A DNA stretch of 63,563 nucleotides, filler included, from an uncultured bacterium (GTDB lineage Bacteria > CAYUVA01): NCBI GenBank assembly GCA_964448115.1. It is 5 parts of 4 records of this genome, joined end to end, with 100 filler letters (N's around TTAATTAATTAA, not from the genome) between each part and the next. Parts side by side here need not be neighbours in the genome. Positions count along the whole stretch, not along the records: positions 23,152 to 52,886 come from CAYUVA010000007.1; 4 more parts are not named here. One strand, given 5' to 3'. Under the pieces are notes generated by a model that did not search any database, was not told the origin of the DNA, and worked only from the letters and a program-made list of their open reading frames with translations. The translations under genes were made by a program, and so were the position numbers. Positions 31,517 to 42,500 of this stretch are shown here, piece after piece (position 1 is the first letter of the stretch; every line of letters begins with the position of its first letter).

Positions 31517-33896
31517 TAAAAAAGACAGCGAGATACTATCGGTTCTACCGCTTCGTGATATAGTGATCTTTCCCAAGATGATCATCCCGCTTTTTGTGGG
31601 CAGGGAATCATCGATTGAAGCGCTTGAATACGCTGGCAATAAAAGCAAGAACCGCATCTTTCTAACCGCCCAGAAAGATGCCTCGCTGGACAAGCCTTCC
31701 TATGAGGATATCTTCAAGGTCGGCACCATCTCACAGATTATACAGGTCATCAAGCTACCCGATAACACGGTAAAGATCTTGGTCGAAGGATTGAATCGGG
31801 CTGAGATAAAAAGCTTGCTCGACGAAAGAGACGGATTCTTCGAGGTCGAGGCTGATGAACTTGAGACCGAATCGATCCCCAGTAACACCGCATCGGACTA
31901 TATAAATAGGCTCATGGCGCAACTCGATTATGCACTCAAAGTCGGAGCCAAGATATCATCAGAGGTGCAACGCGGACTTAAAAAGATGCGCTCCAGCGAT
32001 GAGGTCATAGATTATGTGGCAGGGTTCATAGAAACCTCGGTGGAAAAAAGACAAAAGCTGCTCGAAATGATTGAGCCATTCGACCGCATGGACTATCTCT
32101 CCATGTTGATCGATGAAGCAATAGAGGTTGCGGTTACCGAAAAAAGAGTGAAAAATCGAGTAAAAAACCAGATGGAGACCTCGCAAAAGGAGTACTATCT
32201 GAACGAGCAGATGAAGGCGATCCGAAAGGAACTGGGCAAAAAAGACAAATTTGCAGAGGATATAGATGAGCTCAAGGAGAGAATAGAAAAAGCAAATATG
32301 CCCCCCGAGGTCGAGGAAAAGGCTCGCAAGGAACTAAGGAAGCTGGAGACCATGACCCCGATGTTCGCCGAGGCGGCAGTGATCAGAAACTATATAGAGT
32401 GGCTGATCAACCTTCCATGGAAGATCTCCACTAAGGACAATGAAGATCTAAAAAGGGCAGAGACGATTCTCGAAGAGGATCACTATGGTCTAAGGGAGGT
32501 CAAGGATCGAATAATCGAATACCTTGCAGTGCAGCAAAAAGTAAAGAAACTTCGGGGTCCCATTCTTTGTTTCGTTGGACCGCCCGGGGTAGGGAAGACC
32601 TCGCTTGGAAAATCGATAGCTCGTGCACTGGATCGCAAGTTCATCCGCATATCGTTGGGCGGTGTGCATGATGAGGCTGAGATCAGAGGGCATCGCCGAA
32701 CCTATGTGGCTGCGCTGCCTGGAAGAATAATCCAAGCCATAAGACGAGCCGGCTCCAATAATCCTGTATTCTTGATGGATGAGATCGACAAAATTGGAAG
32801 CGATTTTCGTGGAGATCCATCCTCAGCCCTGTTGGAGGTGCTCGATCCAGAGCAGAATGACAGCTTTAGCGACCATTACCTGGAGGTAGATTTCGACCTA
32901 TCGAATGTCCTGTTCATCACCACAGCAAATGTGCTGCACACAATACCGCCTGCCCTGAAGGACAGAATGGAGATCATTCGTTTGCCAGGATACACCGAGG
33001 AAGAAAAGATAAAGATAGCCGAGAAATTCCTTGTGCCTAAGCAGCTTGATGCGCATGGACTCAAGGATGAAAAAATAATTTTCACTGAAGAAGGACTTAT
33101 CGATATCATCAGAAAATACACACGAGAAGCAGGGGTGCGAAACCTGGAACGGGAGATCTCATCGATCTGTCGAAAGGTAACCAAGAAGTTGCTCAAGGGT
33201 GAACTAAAGGGAGATATAATCATTGATTCCGACATGGTTCACGACCTGCTGGGTACTGAAAAATTCAGCCTTTTAGCCACTGATAAGAAGGATACCATCG
33301 GCATGGCGCATGGGCTTGCCTGGACCGAGATCGGCGGGCAAGTGCTAATAACAGAAGCGGTGGTTGTGGATGGCAAGGGAAACCTGAGCCTGACCGGACA
33401 GTTAGGTGATGTTATGAAGGAATCCGCCCAAGCTGCCCTTAGTTATATACGATCACGCTCTGAAATGCTTGGTTTGCCCAAGGACTTCTACCAGAAAATA
33501 GATATCCACTTGCATGTACCGGAAGGCGCAATTCCTAAAGATGGTCCCAGCGCTGGGATCACCATAGCGGTCGCAATGATCAGCTCGCTCATACAGAAGC
33601 CTGTACTCGGAGAAGTGGCAATGACAGGGGAAATAACCCTGCGTGGAAGGGTGCTTAAAATAGGTGGATTAAAGGAAAAAGCGTTAGCTGCTCATAGACA
33701 GGGGATATACAAGGTGATCATACCAAAGGAAAACGAGAAGGAGATCTCAGACCTGCCCGAAAACATTGTAAAAGACATGACCTTCTTCCCAGCAGAGACA
33801 ATGGATGAGGTAGTAAAGATAGCCTTTAGCGAGACCCCGTTCATCCACCCTGAGCACGCGCGACTGAGAGACCAAAGCCAGACACAGCCAAACTAA
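31506..33896 (+). CDS. lon: Lon protease
   Basis: [33 protein letters not shown] (Ser), IGGLKEK (Lys). Confidence 0.97.
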   Translation: MMFDKKDSEILSVLPLRDIVIFPKMIIPLFVGRESSIEALEYAGNKSKNRIFLTAQKDASLDKPSYEDIFKVGTISQIIQVIKLPDNTVKILVEGLNRAEIKSLLDERDGFFEVEADELETESIPSNTASDYINRLMAQLDYALKVGAKISSEVQRGLKKMRSSDEVIDYVAGFIETSVEKRQKLLEMIEPFDRMDYLSMLIDEAIEVAVTEKRVKNRVKNQMETSQKEYYLNEQMKAIRKELGKKDKFAEDIDELKERIEKANMPPEVEEKARKELRKLETMTPMFAEAAVIRNYIEWLINLPWKISTKDNEDLKRAETILEEDHYGLREVKDRIIEYLAVQQKVKKLRGPILCFVGPPGVGKTSLGKSIARALDRKFIRISLGGVHDEAEIRGHRRTYVAALPGRIIQAIRRAGSNNPVFLMDEIDKIGSDFRGDPSSALLEVLDPEQNDSFSDHYLEVDFDLSNVLFITTANVLHTIPPALKDRMEIIRLPGYTEEEKIKIAEKFLVPKQLDAHGLKDEKIIFTEEGLIDIIRKYTREAGVRNLEREISSICRKVTKKLLKGELKGDIIIDSDMVHDLLGTEKFSLLATDKKDTIGMAHGLAWTEIGGQVLITEAVVVDGKGNLSLTGQLGDVMKESAQAALSYIRSRSEMLGLPKDFYQKIDIHLHVPEGAIPKDGPSAGITIAVAMISSLIQKPVLGEVAMTGEITLRGRVLKIGGLKEKALAAHRQGIYKVIIPKENEKEISDLPENIVKDMTFFPAETMDEVVKIAFSETPFIHPEHARLRDQSQTQPN

Positions 33897-34091
33897 AATA
33901 CACCCAATCGATTCCCTTGCAAGCTGGATCTCGAGCTAATCCCCCTTCAGAAAACATACATGGTCGGGTTATTGGGTAAATAGATGTGATCTATGCGAAT
34001 ATAGATGTTATGATAAAAAATGTAGGTATTCTTATGTCATTTACCTCTAAGCAGTTATAAGAATTACAACCACAGCTCAAGGGGCGCAATC

Positions 34092-36404
34092 CTGTACCGT
34101 TATATCGCCTTTTTCACTCGGCAGCGAGCTGCGATAATCATCGCCACTTTAGCAATCACTCTGATAAGCCTGGCGATCATTTCCCAGGGAGTTTTGGCAT
34201 CATCGGTGCCAAAGATGTTCTTTGGCGACGATCCCTTATACCGTACTTATCGTAATCTAATCGATCAGTTCGGCTCCGATGAGATCTTCGCGGTGGGATT
34301 TAAACTGCCAAAACCATTTAGCCCTGAAGAGATCCAAAGGCTAAAACAGATGGTGAACAAGATCGAAAGCCTTGAGGATATAGAGCGGGTGGATAGCATC
34401 TTAAGCGCAGAGAAAATGGAAGGCTCTACGGGGGAACTAACCATCATCCCTTATTATCAGCTAGTGATAAAAGATAAAATACCATCCGAGCAAGTAATCT
34501 CGGAGCTTTGCTCTGACGATTTATATAGGAACTTTTATATATCGGCAGATGGCAATCATACCGCCATGCTTGTTTATATGATCCCGAACCGACAACGACC
34601 AGTGGAGAAGCTGTATGAAATCTATCAATCGATAGTAGATGTTTTCCTGGATGCTGGCTACAAGCGGAGAGATATTCACTTTGCAGGCTTGCAGGCTCAG
34701 ATAGCTGAGGTCATTCGCCAGTCATATCTAAATATATTTCTTATTTTCCCGATATGTATCCTTTTTCTATCACTGGCTGTTTTCGCCTTTTATCGCCAGT
34801 TCATCCCGGTACTGATCACCATGGGAATAGCCATGGTCTCGGTATCGTGGACAATGGCTTTTGCGGTCATATTGGATCGCGAGATTAATATACTCATGGC
34901 GCTCGTTCCCTCGGTGGTGCTGATAGTAGCCTTCAGCGATATCATTCATCTTTGCAATGCTTATAGTCTCGAACTTGATAATGGTCTGTCCAAGATGGAT
35001 GCGATAACAAAAAGTGGCGCCGAGGTAGGTAAGGCTTGTATGCATACATCCCTAACTACTTTAGTAGGTTTCGCGTCCATGTCCTTTGTCCCCTCGCCGG
35101 GCTTTCAACTGCTAGGCGTAGTGCTCGGATTCGGCGTGGCAATAGCCTTGATGCTTGCCCTTGTATTGGTGCCGGTTCTTGTCTCCCTGGTCGATAAAAG
35201 GTACTTCCTGAGAGTAAAAAAGGGGAATCGTGTACGCGATCTGCTCGACAAGGTTATAAGGTTTTGTCGAGTTGTATCTACCAAGAAGCCGGTCCTGGTA
35301 CTTATTACCTTTACTATCATTATCTTGCTTGGCATTGATGGCTTTCTCAGGATTAAGATCGAGACCGATATGAGCAAACGGCTGGATGAGAGCAACCACA
35401 TCCGCATAGCCGATCGCTATTTCCGCGATCACTTCCACGGCACCAACTTCATGGATGTCTTTATCGATACCGGTAAAGAAGGTGGGGTAATGGAACCCTT
35501 TTTCCTGTCCCAGTTGTCCAAGTTCCAAGATGAAATCCTATCCATAGATGATGTTGATCATGTAACCTCGCTAGTGGATATCATTAAAAGGATTCATAGT
35601 GTGATGGCGATCGAGTCTGATTTGAATTTTAGCTCGGTAAATGAACTGCCCGGCTCCAGGGCGCTGATCGCTCAGTACCTGCTGCTATTCGAGATGTCTA
35701 GCGAGAGCGATCTGGAGCGTATTGTAGATTTTAATAGGCGCAAGCTGAGGCTTTCGGCGCGCATCCTGGATCACGCCTTTCGCAATACTTCCCTTATCGG
35801 CGACCGGATCAATGAGATGGCTGCCAGCTACTTTGACAGTAATGTTACCGTTCAGGCAAGCGGCTATACATACATTCTTGGCAGGTGGTTAGATGATTTG
35901 GTTATCGGGCAGCGGCGGGGGCTTGCCTTTGCTATCTTGAGCATAACTATCTTGATGGTAATCGGGTTGCGTTCTGCAAGGGTAGGCTTGATGAGCATGG
36001 TACCGAACATATTACCTTTGTTATTCCTGCTTGGATACCTGGGTTATTTCTGGGATGCAGTCGATTCGGATGTCATGGCTATATGTATGATGGCAATCGG
36101 CTTGGGAGTTGATGATACCATACATTTTTTAAGTCGCCTAAAGCTGGAATCTTCGCGAAACGAAAATATCGACAATGCCCTTTATGAGACATTTCATTTC
36201 ACGGGCAGGGCGATCATTCAGACTACGGTGATCCTTGCGATCGGTTTCTCACCGTTTGTCATAAGCGATTACTTCTCCACTCGTATGATGGGGACGCTAA
36301 TGCCAATGGTTTTGGCAGTCGCCCTGGCGGCAGACCTGTTTATGGTACCAGCCATGGCAAAGCTGGGGATAATCCGCTTTCGCGATAAGAAAACTTCAAA
36401 ATAA
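34092..36404 (+). CDS. MMPL/RND family transporter
   Basis: Two TM clusters, SLTTLVGF, GLGVDDTIHFL. Frame extends upstream of TTG 34194 through a first TM helix; likely CTG start at 34092 after AAGGGG. Confidence 0.85.
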   Translation: MYRYIAFFTRQRAAIIIATLAITLISLAIISQGVLASSVPKMFFGDDPLYRTYRNLIDQFGSDEIFAVGFKLPKPFSPEEIQRLKQMVNKIESLEDIERVDSILSAEKMEGSTGELTIIPYYQLVIKDKIPSEQVISELCSDDLYRNFYISADGNHTAMLVYMIPNRQRPVEKLYEIYQSIVDVFLDAGYKRRDIHFAGLQAQIAEVIRQSYLNIFLIFPICILFLSLAVFAFYRQFIPVLITMGIAMVSVSWTMAFAVILDREINILMALVPSVVLIVAFSDIIHLCNAYSLELDNGLSKMDAITKSGAEVGKACMHTSLTTLVGFASMSFVPSPGFQLLGVVLGFGVAIALMLALVLVPVLVSLVDKRYFLRVKKGNRVRDLLDKVIRFCRVVSTKKPVLVLITFTIIILLGIDGFLRIKIETDMSKRLDESNHIRIADRYFRDHFHGTNFMDVFIDTGKEGGVMEPFFLSQLSKFQDEILSIDDVDHVTSLVDIIKRIHSVMAIESDLNFSSVNELPGSRALIAQYLLLFEMSSESDLERIVDFNRRKLRLSARILDHAFRNTSLIGDRINEMAASYFDSNVTVQASGYTYILGRWLDDLVIGQRRGLAFAILSITILMVIGLRSARVGLMSMVPNILPLLFLLGYLGYFWDAVDSDVMAICMMAIGLGVDDTIHFLSRLKLESSRNENIDNALYETFHFTGRAIIQTTVILAIGFSPFVISDYFSTRMMGTLMPMVLAVALAADLFMVPAMAKLGIIRFRDKKTSK

Positions 36405-36421
36405 GTGGACTCAGAGAGTTG

Positions 36422-36451
36422 TTGGATAGGAGTCCAATTCTTTGCTATAAT
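36422..36451 (+). promoter_or_regulatory. Extended -10 promoter
   Basis: TTGGAT...TGCTATAAT upstream of ATG 36490. Confidence 0.45.
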
Positions 36452-36489
36452 AAGATGAGTAACTTTGTGATGGAGCGTAACATTGAGCC

Positions 36490-38280
36490 ATGAGATGGTT
36501 TATGAAATATAGACTACAGAGAATAGCATTGGCTATTGGCGCCATACTGATGCTTGCAATACTTAATATCTCCCCTAGCTACGGTCAATCAATAAACCTT
36601 GAGACCAATACGCCGACCATGACACCTACCTTGACGAGCACAGCGATTCCAACCTGGACGCCGACAGTTACCCCTACAAGCACGCCTACCGAGCCGCCCC
36701 CCCCGATACCAAGCCCGATGCCAACATATTCTATTGGCACAACCAATACATTTCGCTGGAATAACACACCCGGAGATGGAGCACTGTATTTTGAGGCACA
36801 ATGCTGTACTTCACCCGGCTGCCCGCTTCCCACCCCGAGCGGATGGTTGACCCGCAAGTACTATACATTCACCAACCTGGGGCATGGTACAAAATACTAT
36901 TATCGAGCAAGGGCAAAGAACATTTACAACGGGATATCCGACTGGTCTGAATTGGTCAGTTCCACGCAGGATGCCTTCCCGCCGGCTACACAGGTATCCT
37001 CATTGCCGCCGATTACATATTCCCCTGATTTCAACATTCCCTTCGTTGTGCAACAAGAAGATGTAAGCGGCTTCAAGCATGTGGCTTTGTGGTATAAAAA
37101 GGACGGGTATCACGAGGAGTATGTCCAGTACGATGGATTTTTTAACACTAGCCCGATCAGCTTCTCAACGACACTAGGCAATGGGATGTATCGCTTCTAT
37201 ACCATCGGGTATGATAATGTCGGCAACGAAGAATCTCCACCTCCCTTTGAGGATGCCTATACTACAATCGATACGAATACCTTCACTCCGACCCCGACTG
37301 CCAGTTGGACAGCGACCGATACTCCTACTATAACCCAAACTCCGACCCGGACTCCTTCAGCCACGCCATCATTTACTCCAACTCACACCAAGGACGCGCC
37401 GACTCCACCGAGGATATACAAGGAACCTGCCTATACAGCAGGGGATTCCAACCTGGTAAAATGGACCGATGAGTTCGAAAGCGGAGCAATCGAGTATTAT
37501 GCAGAGATGAGCGTTGACAACTTCCAGAGCGTATCTTCAGACTCCGGGTGGATACCGGGCACGGAATATACATTCCAGCATCTCAATCATGGCATTAAGT
37601 ACTTCTATCGAGTCAAGGACAGAAACGCCAAGCTGTACGAATCAGACTGGTCCAATGTAGAGTGGTCCATCCAGGACCAGAGCCTGCCGGAGAGCTTCAT
37701 CGATCAGCCCCAGCAAGGTCAGTTCATCGGCGGTAACAAATACACCATCAGGGGCACGGCGGTAGATGATGTCTCCAATATCAAGTATGTTGAGCTTACC
37801 TTTGACAACGGCAATAACTGGGTAACCGCCAGCGGGGGAGAGGAATGGGCTTATGAGTGGCAGCTCCCCAAGAGCGGGCAATATACCATCCGCTCCCGGG
37901 CACACGACGATGTCGATAATGTAGAAGATCCAGTGAAGCCGGGGGTCGTGGTGGTCATTGACAGGGAGCCTCCCCTGCTCGCCATTGGCGGATATATGGA
38001 TACCAGGTTAGCCTCCACAGGCGGGGGAGTGCTTACACTTGCTGTTTTCTGCACTGATGTGAACATAACACCATTGGAGCTCTACTACAACGACATGCCG
38101 ACCGGCATAGAGCTTAGTGATAATGGACCGCCTGGCGATTGGACAGCGGGAGATGACCTGTGGATGCTTATTGTTCCCATAACCGGCAGTTTGCCGCCAT
38201 CCAACCTGCTGCTTGAGGTTTATACCGAGGACTACGCGGGGAATATCGCCTGGTGGCCAGCGCTTTATGTTACAGAGTAG
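36490..38280 (+). CDS. Secreted FN3/Ig-like domain protein with PT linkers and conserved C-terminal domain
   Basis: Signal peptide; duplicated YTFxxLxHGxKYxYR...SDWS...QD units; ends GGYMDTR...WWPALYVTE. Confidence 0.78.
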   Translation: MRWFMKYRLQRIALAIGAILMLAILNISPSYGQSINLETNTPTMTPTLTSTAIPTWTPTVTPTSTPTEPPPPIPSPMPTYSIGTTNTFRWNNTPGDGALYFEAQCCTSPGCPLPTPSGWLTRKYYTFTNLGHGTKYYYRARAKNIYNGISDWSELVSSTQDAFPPATQVSSLPPITYSPDFNIPFVVQQEDVSGFKHVALWYKKDGYHEEYVQYDGFFNTSPISFSTTLGNGMYRFYTIGYDNVGNEESPPPFEDAYTTIDTNTFTPTPTASWTATDTPTITQTPTRTPSATPSFTPTHTKDAPTPPRIYKEPAYTAGDSNLVKWTDEFESGAIEYYAEMSVDNFQSVSSDSGWIPGTEYTFQHLNHGIKYFYRVKDRNAKLYESDWSNVEWSIQDQSLPESFIDQPQQGQFIGGNKYTIRGTAVDDVSNIKYVELTFDNGNNWVTASGGEEWAYEWQLPKSGQYTIRSRAHDDVDNVEDPVKPGVVVVIDREPPLLAIGGYMDTRLASTGGGVLTLAVFCTDVNITPLELYYNDMPTGIELSDNGPPGDWTAGDDLWMLIVPITGSLPPSNLLLEVYTEDYAGNIAWWPALYVTE

Positions 38281-38312
38281 GGGAGAGGTAAATATAAAGC
38301 AGGAGATCGAAT

Positions 38313-39584
38313 ATGAGAGTTAATGGCAGTTATATAACCGATTCTTCAATGGCTCATAACCACTCCAAGTCACTTATTATTGGCATGATCATCCTTTGTC
38401 TGCTATCGAATAACCCAGTTTTAGCAGAGAGGTTTCTCTTGGGATATCATGCTTTTCAATCACCTCCATCAATTGTTGTCCCTTCTCCTACCGAGCCGGG
38501 GAGTTACCATGTCGGGGTGCGTACTGCCACCATGGTCGATTATACCCGCTTCGAGGTCTATGGAATGATGTTCCGAACCTTTCCGGTCGAGATCTGGTAT
38601 CCCTGCTTACCCGGCGGGGAGCGCAATACGGTATCGGATATGATCGGAGACCTGCCGAACTGGGCGTGGGAGATCATGGCTAGCTTTTACGGCGATTACC
38701 TCGAGGAGATCCTGCCCGCAGGGACCAGTGCCTATCGGGATGCGGAGCCTGATGTCTCTGGTGCTCCCTATCCGGTGATTATCTTCAGCCACGGCAACCA
38801 GGCGATCCGATTCCAGAATTATACGCTCTGCGAGCACCTGGCGAGCCATGGATTCGTAGTTGTCGCGCCGGATCACTATGCTAACGCTGTTTTCACGAAT
38901 ACGCCGACCATGCCCATTCTATATAATCCCATGGAGATCCTGCACACCGTCATCGACCGCCTTGCCGACTGCTATTTTTTGTATGGTATATTGCGCGGAT
39001 ACAATAATGACAATGATAGCTTCCTTCGTGGCATGTTGAGTCTCGGTCGTCTTGGCATCACCGGGCACAGCTACGGCGGCACCACTGCCATGATGGCAGG
39101 CTACCTTCTGGAGTTCGTTGATGCGATTGCGCCGATGAACCCTGTGCTGATCTACCCCTTCCCGGAGCACTTCGGCAAGCCATTTTTTCTTATACAGGGC
39201 GAACTTGATGGTATTTGCGATTATTTCCTTGACTCCAATCGGCGGGTAAAGGATGCCTTCATGTACTGCGAGTCTCCGCTCAAGGTATGGATTAATATGT
39301 TAAATGGCGGACATTACAGCGCAACCGATGCGTGTTTCTTATTTCCGCCTTCATATCAAGAGTGGAGTGCTGATTGCTCACCGAGCAGGATCGAGCCAGC
39401 GCTCGCAAATGAGATAGCCAAAGGGTATATAACCGCTTTCTTCAAGGCTACTTTATGCGGCGAGGAGGCTTACATGCCTTACTTGGAGGACAATCATTAT
39501 CCGGGCGACCTCGAGCACTATTATTATTGTGCCCCATCCAATCAATATCTCAATAATGCTCCTAATCCCTCGAGCCTCCCTTAA
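38313..39584 (+). CDS. Secreted alpha/beta hydrolase (PAF-acetylhydrolase/chlorophyllase-like)
   Basis: PVIIFSHG, LASHGFVVVAPDH, GHSYGG, GELD, GGHYS. Confidence 0.85.
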   Translation: MRVNGSYITDSSMAHNHSKSLIIGMIILCLLSNNPVLAERFLLGYHAFQSPPSIVVPSPTEPGSYHVGVRTATMVDYTRFEVYGMMFRTFPVEIWYPCLPGGERNTVSDMIGDLPNWAWEIMASFYGDYLEEILPAGTSAYRDAEPDVSGAPYPVIIFSHGNQAIRFQNYTLCEHLASHGFVVVAPDHYANAVFTNTPTMPILYNPMEILHTVIDRLADCYFLYGILRGYNNDNDSFLRGMLSLGRLGITGHSYGGTTAMMAGYLLEFVDAIAPMNPVLIYPFPEHFGKPFFLIQGELDGICDYFLDSNRRVKDAFMYCESPLKVWINMLNGGHYSATDACFLFPPSYQEWSADCSPSRIEPALANEIAKGYITAFFKATLCGEEAYMPYLEDNHYPGDLEHYYYCAPSNQYLNNAPNPSSLP

Positions 39585-41137
39585 TGATGAAGGTCTGCCT
39601 GGTAACGCCGACCCCGCAAGATATCAGCGCCTTCGGGGTGAGGAGTCTAAGCTCGTTTCTTAAGGAGCACGGTCATCAGGTAAGGTGCATATTCCTTCCT
39701 GGTGGTATAGAGCTACTCAGACATAGGGGTGATTATATTTACAAATATCCTACTTCAATTATCGAAAAGATAGCAGATCTGTGTAGCGATGCTGATCTGG
39801 TTGGAATATCTTTTATGAGCCAGTATTTCGACCGCGCATTGCAGATCACCAAGCACCTGAAAACACGGCTGACAGCGCCGATTATCTGGGGTGGAATACA
39901 TCCTACCTGTGCGCCAAAGCAGTGCCTGGAGCATGTTGACATGGTCTGCATCGGAGAGGGGGAACAGGCGCTGCTTCAACTCTGTGAGCGCTTGAAAAAA
40001 GGTGAAAAGATAGCTGGTTGCGGTAACATCGCCCTCAAGAGCAATGGGAAAATCCATACGGGTCGTCTATTGCCATATCTTGATATCGATCAGTTGCCCC
40101 ACTTTGACTACAGCCTCGATGGTCACTATCTTTACCAGCCGCACAAGGAGAGGATCATCCCCATGACCGCCGATGTTCTGCATGAGGCGCTGCCATTGAT
40201 GCCTGCTCCTAAAGGGGGTGCGCTGAAGGTCTATCGCACCATGATAAGTCGCGGCTGCCCACATCAATGCAGCTATTGCTCAAACTCGACATTGCAGGAT
40301 ATCTTTGGCAGAAAGGGCTTTTTAAGGCGCAGAAGCCCGCAGAGCTTCATCGAGCATCTTTGCGATATGGTACGAAGATATCCGTTCATCGAGGGCATAC
40401 ACTTCATCGATGATACCTTTTTCGCAGCCTCAATGGGCGAGTTGGAGCGCTTTGCCGAGCTTTATGCTAAGAAGGTCAGGCTACCTTTTTACACCCAGGT
40501 AAGCCCCAATACCATCTCGAAGAGCAAGATGGAGCTGCTGCTCGATGCCGGCATGGTCTATACCGAGATGGGGATTCAAACAGGCAGTCCGCGGATTCGC
40601 AGCATATTCAATCGCTCTGAGAGCAATGAGAAGATAAAGGAGGCTGCGCACCTGATCAGCGATTTCAAGGGAAGGCTGATCCCGCCAAGTTACCATGTCA
40701 TACTGGATACCCCGTGGGAGAGCCTGGATGACAAAATGCAGACCCTGAAGCTGCTGCTTAGCTTGAAAAAGCCGTACCGTCTATGTCTTTCATCGCTGAT
40801 ATTCTTCCCGGATACGCCGTTATATAAGCGCGCGGTGGATGAAGGCATGATCAGCGATATCAGTCGTGATATACTTAGGCATCCGTTCTTTCATCCTAAG
40901 CAGAGCTATGCGAATTACCTGGTCTATCTATGCGGATTGATGCTTGTTCCCCGTTTTGCCATTCGTATTTTAGCAAATCGCCGGATCGTAAAACTGCTTT
41001 ACACAGACAAGGCAGCCCCGCTTGTTAGCGCTTTGTTCAAGTTGACCCGCCTAGTTGAACTTGGCTATAAGGGGATAAAAGCGATATTGCGAGGGGATAC
41101 ACGGCTAATCGGACAACATCTCAGGCGTCCGCGCTAA
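39584..41137 (+). CDS. B12-binding radical SAM protein
   Basis: WGGIHPT, IGEGE, SRGCPHQCSYC, FIDDTF, MGIQTGS. Confidence 0.9.
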   Translation: MMKVCLVTPTPQDISAFGVRSLSSFLKEHGHQVRCIFLPGGIELLRHRGDYIYKYPTSIIEKIADLCSDADLVGISFMSQYFDRALQITKHLKTRLTAPIIWGGIHPTCAPKQCLEHVDMVCIGEGEQALLQLCERLKKGEKIAGCGNIALKSNGKIHTGRLLPYLDIDQLPHFDYSLDGHYLYQPHKERIIPMTADVLHEALPLMPAPKGGALKVYRTMISRGCPHQCSYCSNSTLQDIFGRKGFLRRRSPQSFIEHLCDMVRRYPFIEGIHFIDDTFFAASMGELERFAELYAKKVRLPFYTQVSPNTISKSKMELLLDAGMVYTEMGIQTGSPRIRSIFNRSESNEKIKEAAHLISDFKGRLIPPSYHVILDTPWESLDDKMQTLKLLLSLKKPYRLCLSSLIFFPDTPLYKRAVDEGMISDISRDILRHPFFHPKQSYANYLVYLCGLMLVPRFAIRILANRRIVKLLYTDKAAPLVSALFKLTRLVELGYKGIKAILRGDTRLIGQHLRRPR

Positions 41138-41138
41138 G

Positions 41139-42449
41139 ATGAAGATACTACTTGTACAATCGGCTACATTGCCAGGCGAGGCGCCCATCTTTCCTCTCGG
41201 ATTAGCATATCTCGCCTCATCGTTGAGCGATCACGAGCTGATGGTGCTTGACCTTAACATTGTCGATGATCCTGTGGCTGGATTTGAAGGTTTGATAAAA
41301 GACTTTAAGCCTGAGGTGATCGGTCTATCCATTCGTAACATCAAGATTGCCAAGGTAGGAAGGCACCATGACTGCTTTCAGGAGCATGGACAGGTGCTGT
41401 CCGCGCTGAGAAGAAAGGCTCCCAATGCAATAATTATCGCCGGCGGCACCGGCTTCTCCATCTTTGCCAGCGAGATGATGAAAATGTATCCAGCCATAGA
41501 TTACGGCATCTTCGGCGAGGCAGAGGAGACGCTGCCTCGACTGCTTGGAGATATGAGTAATGCCCAGCAAATACCTGGAGTTCTGCATAGAGTTGATGGA
41601 CAGGTCGTTTTCAATGGATATCCTAATCTGCCCAACTTCTCTGCGCTGAAAAAGCCGAAGCGAGACATTCTTCCCTTGCAGCAATACATGAAACATCCCG
41701 ATTCAATGGGGGTGCAGACCAAGCGAGGCTGCGTGCTTAAGTGCATCCATTGCTGCGACAGGTATCTCACAGGAGATAAGCTGCGCATCAGGGACCCGGT
41801 CGATGTGGTCGATGAGCTTGAGGAACTACAAAATGCTTTTGGCGTGGAGCAGGTTTTCTTTGCTGACAATGTCTTCAACATCCCAGCCGATCATGCCAAG
41901 GAGATCTGCCGCAATATAATAAAAAGGGGGCTTAGACTGCGCTGGACTGCATGGTTCAACGAGGCTGCACTGGATGACGAGTTGGTGGAATTATGCAAGG
42001 AGGCTGGATGCTACCAGCTCAGCTTCTCGCCGGATGCAGTGGATGATCGCGTGCTTAGGGCTTATCGCAAGAACATAAGCTCCAAGGATATCAAACGAAC
42101 CGCTTTGATCGCCAGGCGGCATAGCATTCCAGTTACATACAATTTCATGATCGGCGGTCCCGGCGAGTCGCCGCTTTCGCTTTTTAGGCTCATTTTATTT
42201 GTGATCTCTGCCAAACTGCGTCTAGGTCCGCTTTTCAGGCTGCATGGGCTATTTATTACCAGGATAAGGATCTATCCGCACAGCGAGCTTGAGCAACTGG
42301 CATTGAATAAGGGTATGATTAGGGCTCGAGAGGATCTAAAGGAGCCGGTATTTTACAATCCGCTACCCATGCGCATCTTAACTAATTCAACGATATGGTT
42401 GATCAATCTCCTCTGGCGAGCGAAGAGGTTGCTGCAAAGAATACTATAA
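41139..42449 (+). CDS. B12-binding radical SAM protein (lipid-biosynthesis-like)
   Basis: PLGLAYLA, GLSIRN, GGTGFS, GEAE, QTKRGCVLKCIHC, FADNVFN. Confidence 0.88.
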   Translation: MKILLVQSATLPGEAPIFPLGLAYLASSLSDHELMVLDLNIVDDPVAGFEGLIKDFKPEVIGLSIRNIKIAKVGRHHDCFQEHGQVLSALRRKAPNAIIIAGGTGFSIFASEMMKMYPAIDYGIFGEAEETLPRLLGDMSNAQQIPGVLHRVDGQVVFNGYPNLPNFSALKKPKRDILPLQQYMKHPDSMGVQTKRGCVLKCIHCCDRYLTGDKLRIRDPVDVVDELEELQNAFGVEQVFFADNVFNIPADHAKEICRNIIKRGLRLRWTAWFNEAALDDELVELCKEAGCYQLSFSPDAVDDRVLRAYRKNISSKDIKRTALIARRHSIPVTYNFMIGGPGESPLSLFRLILFVISAKLRLGPLFRLHGLFITRIRIYPHSELEQLALNKGMIRAREDLKEPVFYNPLPMRILTNSTIWLINLLWRAKRLLQRIL

Positions 42450-42500
42450 TCAAGAGAAAGACTGGATTATTATTTTAATTGTAGGGCAACACAACCAGCG

